Source: Minisyncoccota bacterium (GTDB lineage: Bacteria > Patescibacteriota > Minisyncoccia > Minisyncoccales > CG1-02-41-26). From it: a DNA stretch of 64,000 nt. The notes beneath the pieces are model-generated. The model was given only the letters and a program-made list of their open reading frames with translations. It did no database searches and was not told the origin of the DNA. The stretch lies in assembly GCA_028718785.1 (NCBI GenBank), contig JAQULB010000001.1:104214-168213 (forward strand), written 5' to 3'. Positions 24,602-34,111 of the stretch are shown here, in pieces; within the stretch, counting starts at the first letter, position 1; each line of letters begins with the position of its first letter. A program made the translations under genes and the position numbers.

Positions 24602-26344
24602 TTAATCTTTTTTTGCTTTTTCTTGCCTTTTAGCCAACAAACCGCAAATATGTCGAGCAATAATCACCGAGGTTTCTCCTGAATTAACAAACTCTTTAAT
24701 AGTGGCCACTAATTGATTATAGTTTTCCTCTTGGTCAATAACGGCTATATTTTTTACATTTAAGGCCTTCACAATATTCTCAATTTTCACGGGCTCTATT
24801 TCCTCTCCCGAACTATCTTTTCCCATTGATGGATTCACTTGATGGCCTGTCATAGCGGTTATGCTGTTGTCTAAAATAATCAACAAAAGTCCTGATTTAT
24901 TGTAAACAGAATTCATTAAGCCCGAGATTCCTGCGTGCAAAAAAGTGCCATCTCCAATAAAAGCAATTACTTTTTGCTTTTGAGCCTGGCCAGAACTTAT
25001 TTGAAGGGCTTTTTTTACTCCATGCCCAATCCCCACCCCAGAACCCATAGAAATTAAATAATCATACAAGCTATGCGGTGGCAAAGCAGCAATCATATAA
25101 CAACCAATATCACCTCCAAATACTGTTCCTTGAGGAGCGGCTTGCTTAACAGCGGCATAAAGCTTCCAATAAGGACAGGTTGGCCAGCCAGTGCAAAACC
25201 TTGGCAAGTGTTTTAATTTTTTTGTTGGTTGAATAATCTTTGGATTATAAGTTTTGCCAAATAATTTTGCCACGCCAATCGCCGTATTGTCTGGATTTAG
25301 CTCACCAACCTCTGGCAAAACATTTTTGCCAAAAATTTGCAATTTGGGATTAACAATCCTTGCAAGGCGTTCAACTTCTTTTTCCAAATAAGGGTCAAGT
25401 TCTTCCACTATTAAAACCTTTTTTAAGGGTTTAATAAATTTTTTAATTTTTTCTTCAGGCAAAGGATAAAAAAATCCAAGCTTTAAAATTGGCGCCTCCA
25501 TGCCAACTAAATCCATTGCTTCTCTTGTGTGGAGATAAGCCACTCCACTCGTTATTATGCCTGCGTTCTTTGCCTCCCCATCTTTGATTTTTGATTTGTA
25601 TTTTTGATTTTTGATTTTTGATTTTTGATTTATAGTAATGTTTACAATACTGGTTTCTGCGTGCTTTTGAATATCTTTAATTTTCTGCAGTAATTCCTGG
25701 TGCATCTCCAAAACCCTGGGGGGCATTGTTACAAATCTTTTTTGATTGCGAACAAACTTGGCCAAAAACGCTTTTGGTTTTGGTAAGACGCCCAACACGA
25801 CAGGCATTTTTTGATGCGCCACCCTGGTGGTTAGCCGAACCATTATTGGAGTTTTAAACTTTAGCGATAGTTGAAAAGCTAATTTTGTAAAATCCTTGCA
25901 TTCTTGAGCGTCTGATGGTTCAAGTGTTGGAATGTGTCCCAAATAGCTAAATCCTCTGGAATTCTCTTCTGACTGAGCAGAAGAATGGCACTGGGGGTCA
26001 TCAGCCGCTAAAATAACAGTTGGCCCTTTTGAGCCAGTATATAAAAAAGGCAACAAGCTATCGCTTGCCACATTTAAACCAAAATTTTTCATTGCCACCA
26101 AACACTTTAAACCAGCAAAAGAAGCGCCCATTGTTGCCTCCATTGCCACTTTTTCGTTAGTGGAAAACTCAAAATAAACATTGGCTTGTTTAGCTATTTT
26201 ATAAAACGAATTGCCAATTTCTGAAGCCGGCGTGCCCGGATAAGTTGACACAAATTGCAACCCTGCCTCCAAAGCGCCCCTAATAATTGCTTCATTGCCC
26301 AATAGAATTGCTTTCCCATTTGATTTTAATAAATCCTGAATCAT
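24602..26344 (-). CDS. iorA: Indolepyruvate:ferredoxin oxidoreductase alpha subunit
   Basis: GNEAIIRGALEAG..YPGTPASEI and TPP-binding GDGTFLHAG. Carries low-complexity in-frame inserts. Confidence 0.85.
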   Translation of the reverse strand: MIQDLLKSNGKAILLGNEAIIRGALEAGLQFVSTYPGTPASEIGNSFYKIAKQANVYFEFSTNEKVAMEATMGASFAGLKCLVAMKNFGLNVASDSLLPFLYTGSKGPTVILAADDPQCHSSAQSEENSRGFSYLGHIPTLEPSDAQECKDFTKLAFQLSLKFKTPIMVRLTTRVAHQKMPVVLGVLPKPKAFLAKFVRNQKRFVTMPPRVLEMHQELLQKIKDIQKHAETSIVNITINQKSKIKNQKYKSKIKDGEAKNAGIITSGVAYLHTREAMDLVGMEAPILKLGFFYPLPEEKIKKFIKPLKKVLIVEELDPYLEKEVERLARIVNPKLQIFGKNVLPEVGELNPDNTAIGVAKLFGKTYNPKIIQPTKKLKHLPRFCTGWPTCPYWKLYAAVKQAAPQGTVFGGDIGCYMIAALPPHSLYDYLISMGSGVGIGHGVKKALQISSGQAQKQKVIAFIGDGTFLHAGISGLMNSVYNKSGLLLIILDNSITAMTGHQVNPSMGKDSSGEEIEPVKIENIVKALNVKNIAVIDQEENYNQLVATIKEFVNSGETSVIIARHICGLLAKRQEKAKKD

Positions 26345-26400
26345 AGATATTTTATTATTTTACCACAACTTTTTTAAAAACCCAACCCTAAAAACAAAAA

Positions 26401-26438
26401 GTTCGCAGTTTGGATTTATATGAATCCAAACTGCGAAC
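26401..26438 (-). terminator. Rho-independent terminator
   Basis: 16-bp stem GTTCGCAGTTTGGATT/AATCCAAACTGCGAAC with a T-run on the minus strand. Confidence 0.7.
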
Positions 26439-26440
26439 CC

Positions 26441-27271
26441 CTATTTAATTGCCAAAAAAAATCCATATTGCCATAATTTTTGCATTAATGCTATATACTG
26501 ATAGCGTGCGGCAATAATGTTCTTATTTTGAACTTCTGTCCTGACTCTAATGAACTTAGCTATCTTTCCCAAAAAAGACGCTGGAAAAGATAACTTATAT
26601 AATCTCTTTGATGACGGTATCACATTATTAGTAACGTCGGTAAAAAATACAGAAGAAAAGCCAACCTCCTGAGCAAAATTTTTAAAATTTTCTGCTGTTT
26701 CTAAAGAATCCACTCCCCAACCAGAAAGCCAATTTTGCATTTCCTCGGTTTGGTTGTAGTGATCTTTAACCACAAAACCATCAGCAATTAACAACCTTCC
26801 TCCACTTTTTAATGCTCTAAATGCATTTTTAACAAAAGTTTTCTTACTTCGGGCGTGACAAGCACTCTCAATCGCCAATACCACATCGAAAGTACTTTCA
26901 AAATCCATTCTTTCAAAATCCATCTGGAAAAAACTTGTAAGGTTTTGAACACCCAATCGTTTTGCGTTTTCTCGTGATTCTATTACTTGATTTTCACCCA
27001 AGGCAATGCCCGTCACCTTGCAATTAAAACTCTTTGCTAAAAAAATTGCAGTCCCACCAACTCCACACCCAGCATCTAAAACCGTCTCAAATTTTTTTAT
27101 TTTTGCTATTTGAGACAATACTTGATTCTCTCTCGCGAGAGATTGAGAAAGATTTGATACCGTTTCATCCCAGTATCCAAGGTGCATTGCAAGCGATTTT
27201 TTAAGGTTCCAAACCAACCTATAATCAATTTCGGTTTCATCATAATACCTTACTATTTCTGATTGATGCAT
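26441..27271 (-). CDS. Class I SAM-dependent methyltransferase
   Basis: VLDAGCGVGGTAIFLAK motif I, plus further motifs GGRLLIAD. Confidence 0.8.
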   Translation of the reverse strand: MHQSEIVRYYDETEIDYRLVWNLKKSLAMHLGYWDETVSNLSQSLARENQVLSQIAKIKKFETVLDAGCGVGGTAIFLAKSFNCKVTGIALGENQVIESRENAKRLGVQNLTSFFQMDFERMDFESTFDVVLAIESACHARSKKTFVKNAFRALKSGGRLLIADGFVVKDHYNQTEEMQNWLSGWGVDSLETAENFKNFAQEVGFSSVFFTDVTNNVIPSSKRLYKLSFPASFLGKIAKFIRVRTEVQNKNIIAARYQYIALMQKLWQYGFFLAIK

Positions 27272-27391
27272 AATAAACCCCCTTTATTAAATTGTTTACA
27301 TAAATATCTTTCTTGCACTTTTACTTGTACTTATTTAATACCACCAAAATTTCGGTCTGTCAAACAATTTTTCATTTTTTATTTTAAATTT

Positions 27392-28549
27392 TTAATTTGC
27401 AATTATTCCACCACCCAAGAGTTCATTGGCTTTTCCGTAGAAAACAACAGATTGGCCGGGAGTTATGGCTCGTTGGGGTTTGGTAAAAACAATTTTATAT
27501 TTTTTGAAACCAAGCTTCTCTTTTACCACAGCAATTGATGGCTCTGAGCCATATCTTACTTTAGCTAAAACTTTTAAGGGCAACAATGGCTCAACCCCTG
27601 AAATCCAATTAACTCCTTTGGCGATTAATTCTTTTTTAAATAAATCTTTTTCGTTTTTGGAAACCACTAAAGTATTTTTCTTTAAATCTTTTTCAACCAC
27701 AAAATAAGGCCCGCCCGATAGCTCTATGCCTTTTCGCTGGCCAATGGTGTAAAACCAAAGCCCTTTATGCTCGCCAAGTATTTTACCTTTTACATCCACA
27801 ATTTTCCCAATTTGCGGCAACCCGGTTGCCGCAATAAATTTTTCTTGAGTTACATTGGTTAAAAAGCAAACATCGTTTGATTCTTTAGTTTTATAAGTTG
27901 GCAAACCAAACTTTTTAGCCATTTCCCTCACTTTTTGCTTGCTTTCCATTTCCCCAAGAGGAAACAGGGTTTTGGCTAATTGCCTTTGAGTTAATTTCCA
28001 AAGAAAATAACTTTGATCTTTTTCTTTGCACTTCGCTTGCATTAATTTAACAATTCCTTCTTTCTTGTTTAGGGTTTCGGGTTTAGGATTTAGGATTTCC
28101 CGCCAAAGGCGGGTGTAGTGTCCCGTGGCTAAATAATCACACCCCATTTCTTTAGCTTTTTCAAATAACAAACCAAATTTAATTTTAGCATTGCAAACCA
28201 CACAGGGGTTTGGAGTTATCCCCCTTTTATAGCTACCAACAAAATAATCAACCACTATTTTTTTAAAATCTTTTTGAAAATCAAAAATTTTAATTGGAAT
28301 ATCCAAAACCGCCCCAATTTCTTTGATTCGCTTTTCGGTTTCTATTTGCTGATTTTTATTTGGCTTTTCTTTCCATAAACGCATATGCAATCCAACCACC
28401 TCAATCCTTCGGGTTCCCTCAGGACAGGCTCCCTGTTTTAATAAAGCAGCAACCACTGAAGAATCAACTCCCCCAGATAATGCCACCCCCACTTTTTTAC
28501 CCCCGCACCAAATAAAGTCATGATGCAGGGGTGAACTTTTGTTTATCAT
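27392..28549 (-). CDS. mnmA: tRNA 2-thiouridine(34) synthase
   Basis: PP-loop VALSGGVDSSV, catalytic Cys motifs (NPCVVCN, DQSYFL). Confidence 0.9.
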   Translation of the reverse strand: MINKSSPLHHDFIWCGGKKVGVALSGGVDSSVVAALLKQGACPEGTRRIEVVGLHMRLWKEKPNKNQQIETEKRIKEIGAVLDIPIKIFDFQKDFKKIVVDYFVGSYKRGITPNPCVVCNAKIKFGLLFEKAKEMGCDYLATGHYTRLWREILNPKPETLNKKEGIVKLMQAKCKEKDQSYFLWKLTQRQLAKTLFPLGEMESKQKVREMAKKFGLPTYKTKESNDVCFLTNVTQEKFIAATGLPQIGKIVDVKGKILGEHKGLWFYTIGQRKGIELSGGPYFVVEKDLKKNTLVVSKNEKDLFKKELIAKGVNWISGVEPLLPLKVLAKVRYGSEPSIAVVKEKLGFKKYKIVFTKPQRAITPGQSVVFYGKANELLGGGIIAN

Positions 28550-28588
28550 AAAAATGCCATATAATTAAATCAACATAACAAAATAAAA

Positions 28589-29611
28589 ATGAAAAATCAA
28601 AAATTTCAAAACAATCTTTTTTTTATAATTTTAGCAAGCGTGGTTGTTTTAACAATTTTTTTATTAAAATCATATGTTGGCATTATTATTGTGAGCGGAG
28701 CTTTGGCAATTGTTTTTAAACCCGCTTACAATAAAATTTTAAAATTAGTTGGCAAAAGAAAAATTACTGCTTCTTTAATATCTGTTTTTCTGGTAATTTT
28801 AATTGTTTTAATTCCCTTATTTTTAATTGGCTTTCAAGTTTACAAAGAAGCGTCTTCGCTTTATGCTGGGCTTTCTGGTGACAACTTTAGCCAGTTTAAT
28901 AGTTTGTTAAATAAATTTGAAAAAACCGCTCAAACATTATCCCCGGGGTTTTCTTTAAATTTAAACGCTCAAGAAATTTTATCCCCTATTTTAAGCTTTA
29001 CAGTAAAACATATGGGAGGGATTTTTTCTGGAGCAGCCAAAATTTTACTTAACGCTTCCTTGGGCTTGATTGCTTTATTTTACTTTTTTAAAGAGGGTGG
29101 GGAAATTAAAAAATATATCGCAAACTTAAGCCCTCTTTCCTCAAAAAATAATGATAATATTTTTATCGCTCTTAAAAAAACTATCAACGCTTCCATTAGG
29201 GGCGGTTTGTTGGTGGCTATTTTACAAGGACTTTCATTGGGGGTTGGCTTTATAATTTTTGGCGTGCCAAACGCCGCTTTATGGGGAGCGGTTTGCGTGG
29301 TGGCTTCTTTTGTTCCCGGAGTGGGAATTGCTTTGTTGATAATTCCAGCTACTATTTATTTAATTGTTGAAAGTAATTTTTTAATGGCTTTGGGGTTTTT
29401 GATTTGGGCTTTAAGCACCAACGCTTTCTTAGATTATTTAATTAGCCCAAAATTAAAAAAAGGCGCTGGATTGCACCCTTTGCTTATTTTATTTTCGGTT
29501 TTGGGAGGAATTTCCTTATTTGGAGCAATGGGAATTATTATTGGCCCAATGATAGTTAGTTTGTTAGTTGTTTTGTTAAAAATTCTTCCCGAAGTTATTG
29601 GAAAAAATTAA
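28589..29611 (+). CDS. AI-2E family transporter (PerM-like)
   Basis: 340 aa, about 8 TM helices, typical AI-2E topology and motifs. Confidence 0.8.
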   Translation: MKNQKFQNNLFFIILASVVVLTIFLLKSYVGIIIVSGALAIVFKPAYNKILKLVGKRKITASLISVFLVILIVLIPLFLIGFQVYKEASSLYAGLSGDNFSQFNSLLNKFEKTAQTLSPGFSLNLNAQEILSPILSFTVKHMGGIFSGAAKILLNASLGLIALFYFFKEGGEIKKYIANLSPLSSKNNDNIFIALKKTINASIRGGLLVAILQGLSLGVGFIIFGVPNAALWGAVCVVASFVPGVGIALLIIPATIYLIVESNFLMALGFLIWALSTNAFLDYLISPKLKKGAGLHPLLILFSVLGGISLFGAMGIIIGPMIVSLLVVLLKILPEVIGKN

Positions 29612-29614
29612 AAA

Positions 29615-29664
29615 ATAAAAAACTGCAATTTTGAAACAATTAAACAAAAATTGCAGTTTTTTAT
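29615..29664. terminator. Bidirectional terminator hairpin
   Basis: AACTGCAATTTT ... AAAATTGCAGTT flanked by A/T runs, between convergent genes. Confidence 0.65.
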
Positions 29665-29674
29665 TGCCAATTTT

Positions 29675-30142
29675 TTAGTGGGTTTCTTTTATTTCTTGTT
29701 TTTCTTTGGCCAATTGCTGATGGCGTTTGTTAAGGGCTTGGGGGATTGGTTTTTTATTTTTAGTTAAGTAGCTGTGTATTGCCTCAATTAAAGCGTCTCC
29801 AGCCAAAACCGAGCAATGAATTTTAATGGGAGGCAATGAGCCCAACCCCTCAACAATTTCTTTTCTATCAAAGCTAATAGCTTGCTCTAATGTTTTTCCT
29901 TTTACCAAATCAGTAAGCATGCTTGAGGACGCAATTGCGGCCAAACACCCAAATGTTTCAAAAGAAATATCTTTTATAATATCTTGGCCCTTTTTGTTTT
30001 GGCCAACTTTAATATAAAGCTTCATAACATCGCCACAAATAATGTTGCCGACCTCCCCAATTCCATCGGGATTTTTCATTTTCCCATAATTATGGGGCTT
30101 GTTAAAATGTTGAATAACCTTTTTTGAATAAGGTAATGGCAT
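29675..30142 (-). CDS. iscU: Fe-S cluster scaffold protein (IscU/NifU N-terminal type)
   Basis: CGDVMKL, GCLAAIASS and HCSVLA Cys motifs. Confidence 0.85.
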   Translation of the reverse strand: MPLPYSKKVIQHFNKPHNYGKMKNPDGIGEVGNIICGDVMKLYIKVGQNKKGQDIIKDISFETFGCLAAIASSSMLTDLVKGKTLEQAISFDRKEIVEGLGSLPPIKIHCSVLAGDALIEAIHSYLTKNKKPIPQALNKRHQQLAKEKQEIKETH

Positions 30143-30146
30143 AAAT

Positions 30147-30300
30147 TATAATAAATTCTAAATTCTAACATCTAAACTCTAAACAATGTCAAAATTCAAA
30201 TGCTTTAAATTCAAAACGGCTCAATGTGTATTTTTTGTTTTGAGTTTTGCGTTTTGGTTATTTGGATTTGTTTAGGATTTAGGGTTTAGTGCTTAGAATT
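30147..30300. repeat. MITE-like element with heptamer-array inverted arms
   Basis: Arms ATTCTAAATTCTAACATCTAAACTCTAAACA / TGTTTAGGATTTAGGGTTTAGTGCTTAGAAT. Core is shared (inverted) with 12310-12353. Confidence 0.55.
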
Positions 30301-31497
30301 TTACTTTAGTGGTGATATTTTTCTTAATTTTTCAATAATTCCTGGTAATATTTTTAAAACATAATCAATTTCTTTTTCCGTATTATATTTTCCCAAAGTG
30401 AATCTAATTGAACTGTGCGCTCTTTCAACACCCACCCCCAAAGCCATTAAAACATGGCTTGGATCTAAATTGCCCGAAGCGCAAGCCGAACCCGTGGAAA
30501 CAGCCACGCCTTTTTGATCTAAAGCCATTAAAATACTTTCTCCCTCGACTCCGCTAAAACTTATGTTTGCGTTATTGGGTAAGCGATTTTCTCGAGAACC
30601 ATTTAGGGAAGTTCCGGATATTGAGTTGAGTATTCCATCTATTAGTTTATTTCGTAATTCCTCTATTTTTGAAACTTGAAACTTGAAACTTGAAACTTGT
30701 TGAATCGCTTTGCCAAGCCCAACGATGGTGGTGGTGTTTTCCGTGCCAGGCATTAAACCCCGCTCTTGATGCCCGCCAAAAATAATGGGCTCTATTTCAA
30801 CACCCTTTCTTTTATATAAAACGCCGATGCCTTTTGGCCCGTATATTTTATGGCCAGACAAAGTTAGCAAATCAACACCCAATTTATCAACATTACAGTC
30901 AAGATAATTCGCCCCCTGAACCGCATCTATATGAAACAAAACCTTGGAACTTGGAACTCGCAACTTGAAACTTTTTATCACTTTCGCAATTTCGGCGATC
31001 GGCTGAATTACGCCAATTTCATTATTGGCATACATTATTGAAACCAAAATTGTATTCTCTTTAATGGCTTTTTCAACATCTTCTATTTTTACCACTCCTT
31101 CCCTGTTAACTGGCAAATAAGTGGCTTCAATTTGCCCATCTTTTTCCAAATGCTCAACCAACTCCAAAACCGCTGGGTGCTCAATTTGGCTAGTTATAAT
31201 ATGGGGCTTTTTTTGCGCCTGCCCTGAATTTTGCCGAAGGGCCTGCTTCACCACGCCCATAATAGCTAAATTATCGCTAATAGTGGCAGAGTCAATAAAA
31301 AATACCTCTAAAAAATTACAACCCAAAAAGTCAGCCACTTGCTGTCTTGACTTGGTTATGGCTTCGTGGGCATTTTGACCAAACCAATGCAAAGACGAGG
31401 CATTGCCAAAGTCCTGTTTTAAATATGGCTCCATTGCCCTAAAAACCTTTTTATCAATCTTGGTGGTAGCTGAATTGTCTAGATATATTCTTTGCAT
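30301..31497 (-). CDS. iscS: Cysteine desulfurase (NifS/IscS type)
   Basis: PLP Lys in SGHKIYGPKG and active-site STGSACASG. Carries three in-frame repeat inserts. Confidence 0.9.
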   Translation of the reverse strand: MQRIYLDNSATTKIDKKVFRAMEPYLKQDFGNASSLHWFGQNAHEAITKSRQQVADFLGCNFLEVFFIDSATISDNLAIMGVVKQALRQNSGQAQKKPHIITSQIEHPAVLELVEHLEKDGQIEATYLPVNREGVVKIEDVEKAIKENTILVSIMYANNEIGVIQPIAEIAKVIKSFKLRVPSSKVLFHIDAVQGANYLDCNVDKLGVDLLTLSGHKIYGPKGIGVLYKRKGVEIEPIIFGGHQERGLMPGTENTTTIVGLGKAIQQVSSFKFQVSKIEELRNKLIDGILNSISGTSLNGSRENRLPNNANISFSGVEGESILMALDQKGVAVSTGSACASGNLDPSHVLMALGVGVERAHSSIRFTLGKYNTEKEIDYVLKILPGIIEKLRKISPLK

Positions 31498-31506
31498 AAC
31501 TCTTAG

Positions 31507-31667
31507 AAGTCGTTAATGAACGAAGTGAATTTACGGATTCTTACCTGCCCGCAGTGCTACCCGCCAGCAATGCTTCGCCATAGCGATGCGGGCTGACAGC
31601 GTTGCAGGCGGGGATCCTGTTAAACGCTTCTCTCACAAAGCGTTTAATCGGGATATTCCTATATCCC
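31507..31667 (-). repeat. Structured leader element, copy B (immediately upstream of the iscS start codon)
   Basis: Same ends as copy A, plus an approximately 75-nt GC-rich internal insert at 31545-31613. Confidence 0.55.
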
Positions 31668-31755
31668 TTATAGCAAATTTTAACCAAATAAAAAAGCGTT
31701 AGGTAATGGAGATCTTACCTAACACCTAATTTCATAGTTAAAGTTAATCTATTTT

Positions 31756-32052
31756 TTATTCCAGACATGACAGATAGTAGTAAGAGACAGGAATCTCATT
31801 TTTTTTGTTTATCCTTACCGGCTTTCCGTTTTGCTCCAAAAGCGATGCGCTTTTTCCGTTCCAAATATACATATAAAATGTTGTGTTATCGGGGAGAGTA
31901 ACCAACATTAAAAAGCTTTTGTAAATTTCATTTTTCTCCAATATTTGAGGCAAGATGTGTTCTGCCTCTTCTTTTGTTAATCCATCCTTTTTCACGCGAA
32001 AATTAGTTTCTGAATCTTTCCACCACGAACCAAAATCTTCCATGATTTTCAC
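31756..32052 (-). CDS. Hypothetical protein
   Basis: 98-aa ORF with no recognisable motif. Confidence 0.4.
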   Translation of the reverse strand: MKIMEDFGSWWKDSETNFRVKKDGLTKEEAEHILPQILEKNEIYKSFLMLVTLPDNTTFYMYIWNGKSASLLEQNGKPVRINKKNEIPVSYYYLSCLE

Positions 32053-32121
32053 CTACTTTTTTTAAGTTGCTAATATAATAACTCTACCAATTAAAACGAA
32101 TTAGAAACCTTAACAAAAAAA

Positions 32122-32976
32122 CTATGGCAAGTCAATCTTTCTGGCAATAATCGGTTTACCGAAGAATTGGGTGCCGAGGGTTTGGAATTCAGTGGTTAAG
32201 TCAGTGGTTAAAAAAACGTGCTGGCTTTTTTTGCTCAATTGCTTTTCAATTTCAGGGTGCCTCTGCAAGTAATCCGCCAACTTTTCTGCCACTACTTTGC
32301 CTTCTGAAATAACCTGAACATCTCTGCCAACCTGTCCTGAGTTTTGCCGAAGGATTTCCTTTGTCTGTTTTTCTAAAATTCCATAATGCGTGCAACCCAA
32401 AATTAAAGTATCTATTTTTTTAGCTACAAGCGGTTTTAAATATTTTTGCAAAGCCATTTTGGCAATTTCTGAGTTGTGCTCTCCCGCCTCCACAATTGGC
32501 GCTAAAAGCGGAGCTGGTGTTTGAAAAACTTTTACTTTTGGATTTCTTTTTTTTATCTCTCGAGTAAAAGCCCCTGACTTAATTGTGCCTTCTGTGGCAA
32601 TAACCCCCACTCTGTTATTTTTAGTTATTTCAATTGCCTCCTCAACTGCTGGAATAATTACCCCTAAAACTTTTTTGTCTGGATATTTTTTAGACAAGCA
32701 TTCCTGCTGGATTTTTCGCAAGGCCTCACTTGAAGCAGTGTTGCAAGCTAAAATTACCAAAGGACAATTTTTTTTAAGTAAAAAATCCACGGCTTGTTTT
32801 GTAAAATTAAAAATAACTTCTTGGCTTCGCGAGCCATAAGGTGTTCTGGCAGTATCGCCCAAATAGATAAAATCATATTGGGGCAGTTCTTTAGCAATGT
32901 GCTTGGCAATTTCCAATCCCCCAAACCCAGAATCAAAAATGCCAATTGGCCCCTTTTTGTATGTTTCAAGTTTCAT
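32122..32976 (-). CDS. murI: Glutamate racemase
   Basis: FDSGFGGL, ACNTAS and GCTHY motifs. Confidence 0.9.
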   Translation of the reverse strand: MKLETYKKGPIGIFDSGFGGLEIAKHIAKELPQYDFIYLGDTARTPYGSRSQEVIFNFTKQAVDFLLKKNCPLVILACNTASSEALRKIQQECLSKKYPDKKVLGVIIPAVEEAIEITKNNRVGVIATEGTIKSGAFTREIKKRNPKVKVFQTPAPLLAPIVEAGEHNSEIAKMALQKYLKPLVAKKIDTLILGCTHYGILEKQTKEILRQNSGQVGRDVQVISEGKVVAEKLADYLQRHPEIEKQLSKKSQHVFLTTDLTTEFQTLGTQFFGKPIIARKIDLP

Positions 32977-34111
32977 GTTTTATATTGTGAGCCAACTGTC
33001 CACAAGCCCCTTTTATGTCTTCCCCAAATTTATAGCGCTGAACTGCGTCAACACCCTGCTTTTTTAATATCTCTTTAAACATTGCTATTTTTTCCTTGCT
33101 TGATGGCTTAAACTCCAAAATGTCTTGGCTTTTAAAATCATTATAAGCAATTAAATTAACAAAATAAAAATTCTTGCCTGCTCTAAAATTAACAGGCGCT
33201 TTAAATTGTTTTACAAACACAGCCAAATCAAAAGCGTCTTTTTCTGAATCATTAATGCCTTTTAACATTAAGTATTCAAATATTATTCTTTGGTTTGTTT
33301 GTTTGATATAAAAATCAATGGCGCGGGATAATTCTGTTAAATCGTGATTTTTGGCTATGGGCATTAGTTTTGCCCGCAAGGTTTGATTGGCTGTGTGTAA
33401 AGAAAACGCTAAGTTTGGCCAGCCCGCATTGGCTACGCCAGAAGCGTTGCTGACGGGTTTAATTTTTTCTTTAGCTAATTTTTTAATGGCCCAGGGAATA
33501 CCCACTGTGGAAATGGAAATTTTGCGCATTGAAATATTAAAACAATTCTTGTTGTTTAAAATATTTATTGCCTCAATAACATTGTCATAGTTAAGCAACG
33601 GCTCTCCCATACCCATAAAAACTATGTTGGTTATCCTTCGACTTCGCTCAGGACAGGCCTTTCGATCCTGCTCAGAATCTTCTAATTTCAATAATCGTTC
33701 AAAAAACAAAACTTGCTGAATAATCTCCCAGGCCGTTAAACTTCGTTTTAACCCGCTTTTTCCAGTTAAACAAAATAAACAACCCATTGAGCAACCAACC
33801 TGCGAGGAAACACAAACCGTATTTCTTTCCCTTCGACTTTGCTCAGAACCTTTGGCTTTATGCTTCATCAAAACAGCTTCAGCTTTTAAGCCGTCTTTTA
33901 ACAATAAAGCAATTTTAACAGAATTACTTTTTGCAGAAACCAAAACATCCGCTTTTATTTCAAGCGGAAGTTCTTTGTTGAGTTTATCTCTCAAGGTTTT
34001 TGGCAAATTGCTTGCCTTGTCCCAGTTGCTTATTGAATCCTGAAAAATCGCTTTTTGCGCCTGCTCAACCCTGAAAGCTGGTTCGTTGCTTAAAATTTTT
34101 TCTAACTCCAT
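32966..34111 (-). CDS. rlmN: 23S rRNA/tRNA adenine-C2 methyltransferase (radical SAM)
   Basis: CSMGCLFCLTG radical-SAM cluster, GMGEPLLN, C-terminal GACGQL. Confidence 0.9.
   Translation of the reverse strand: MELEKILSNEPAFRVEQAQKAIFQDSISNWDKASNLPKTLRDKLNKELPLEIKADVLVSAKSNSVKIALLLKDGLKAEAVLMKHKAKGSEQSRRERNTVCVSSQVGCSMGCLFCLTGKSGLKRSLTAWEIIQQVLFFERLLKLEDSEQDRKACPERSRRITNIVFMGMGEPLLNYDNVIEAINILNNKNCFNISMRKISISTVGIPWAIKKLAKEKIKPVSNASGVANAGWPNLAFSLHTANQTLRAKLMPIAKNHDLTELSRAIDFYIKQTNQRIIFEYLMLKGINDSEKDAFDLAVFVKQFKAPVNFRAGKNFYFVNLIAYNDFKSQDILEFKPSSKEKIAMFKEILKKQGVDAVQRYKFGEDIKGACGQLAHNIKHET

Noticed and set aside
25571-25632. Tandem GATTTTT-type array as a possible CRISPR or satellite locus
   Set aside because: It lies inside the intact iorA reading frame and is translated in-frame. 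It is treated as an intragenic low-complexity insert instead.
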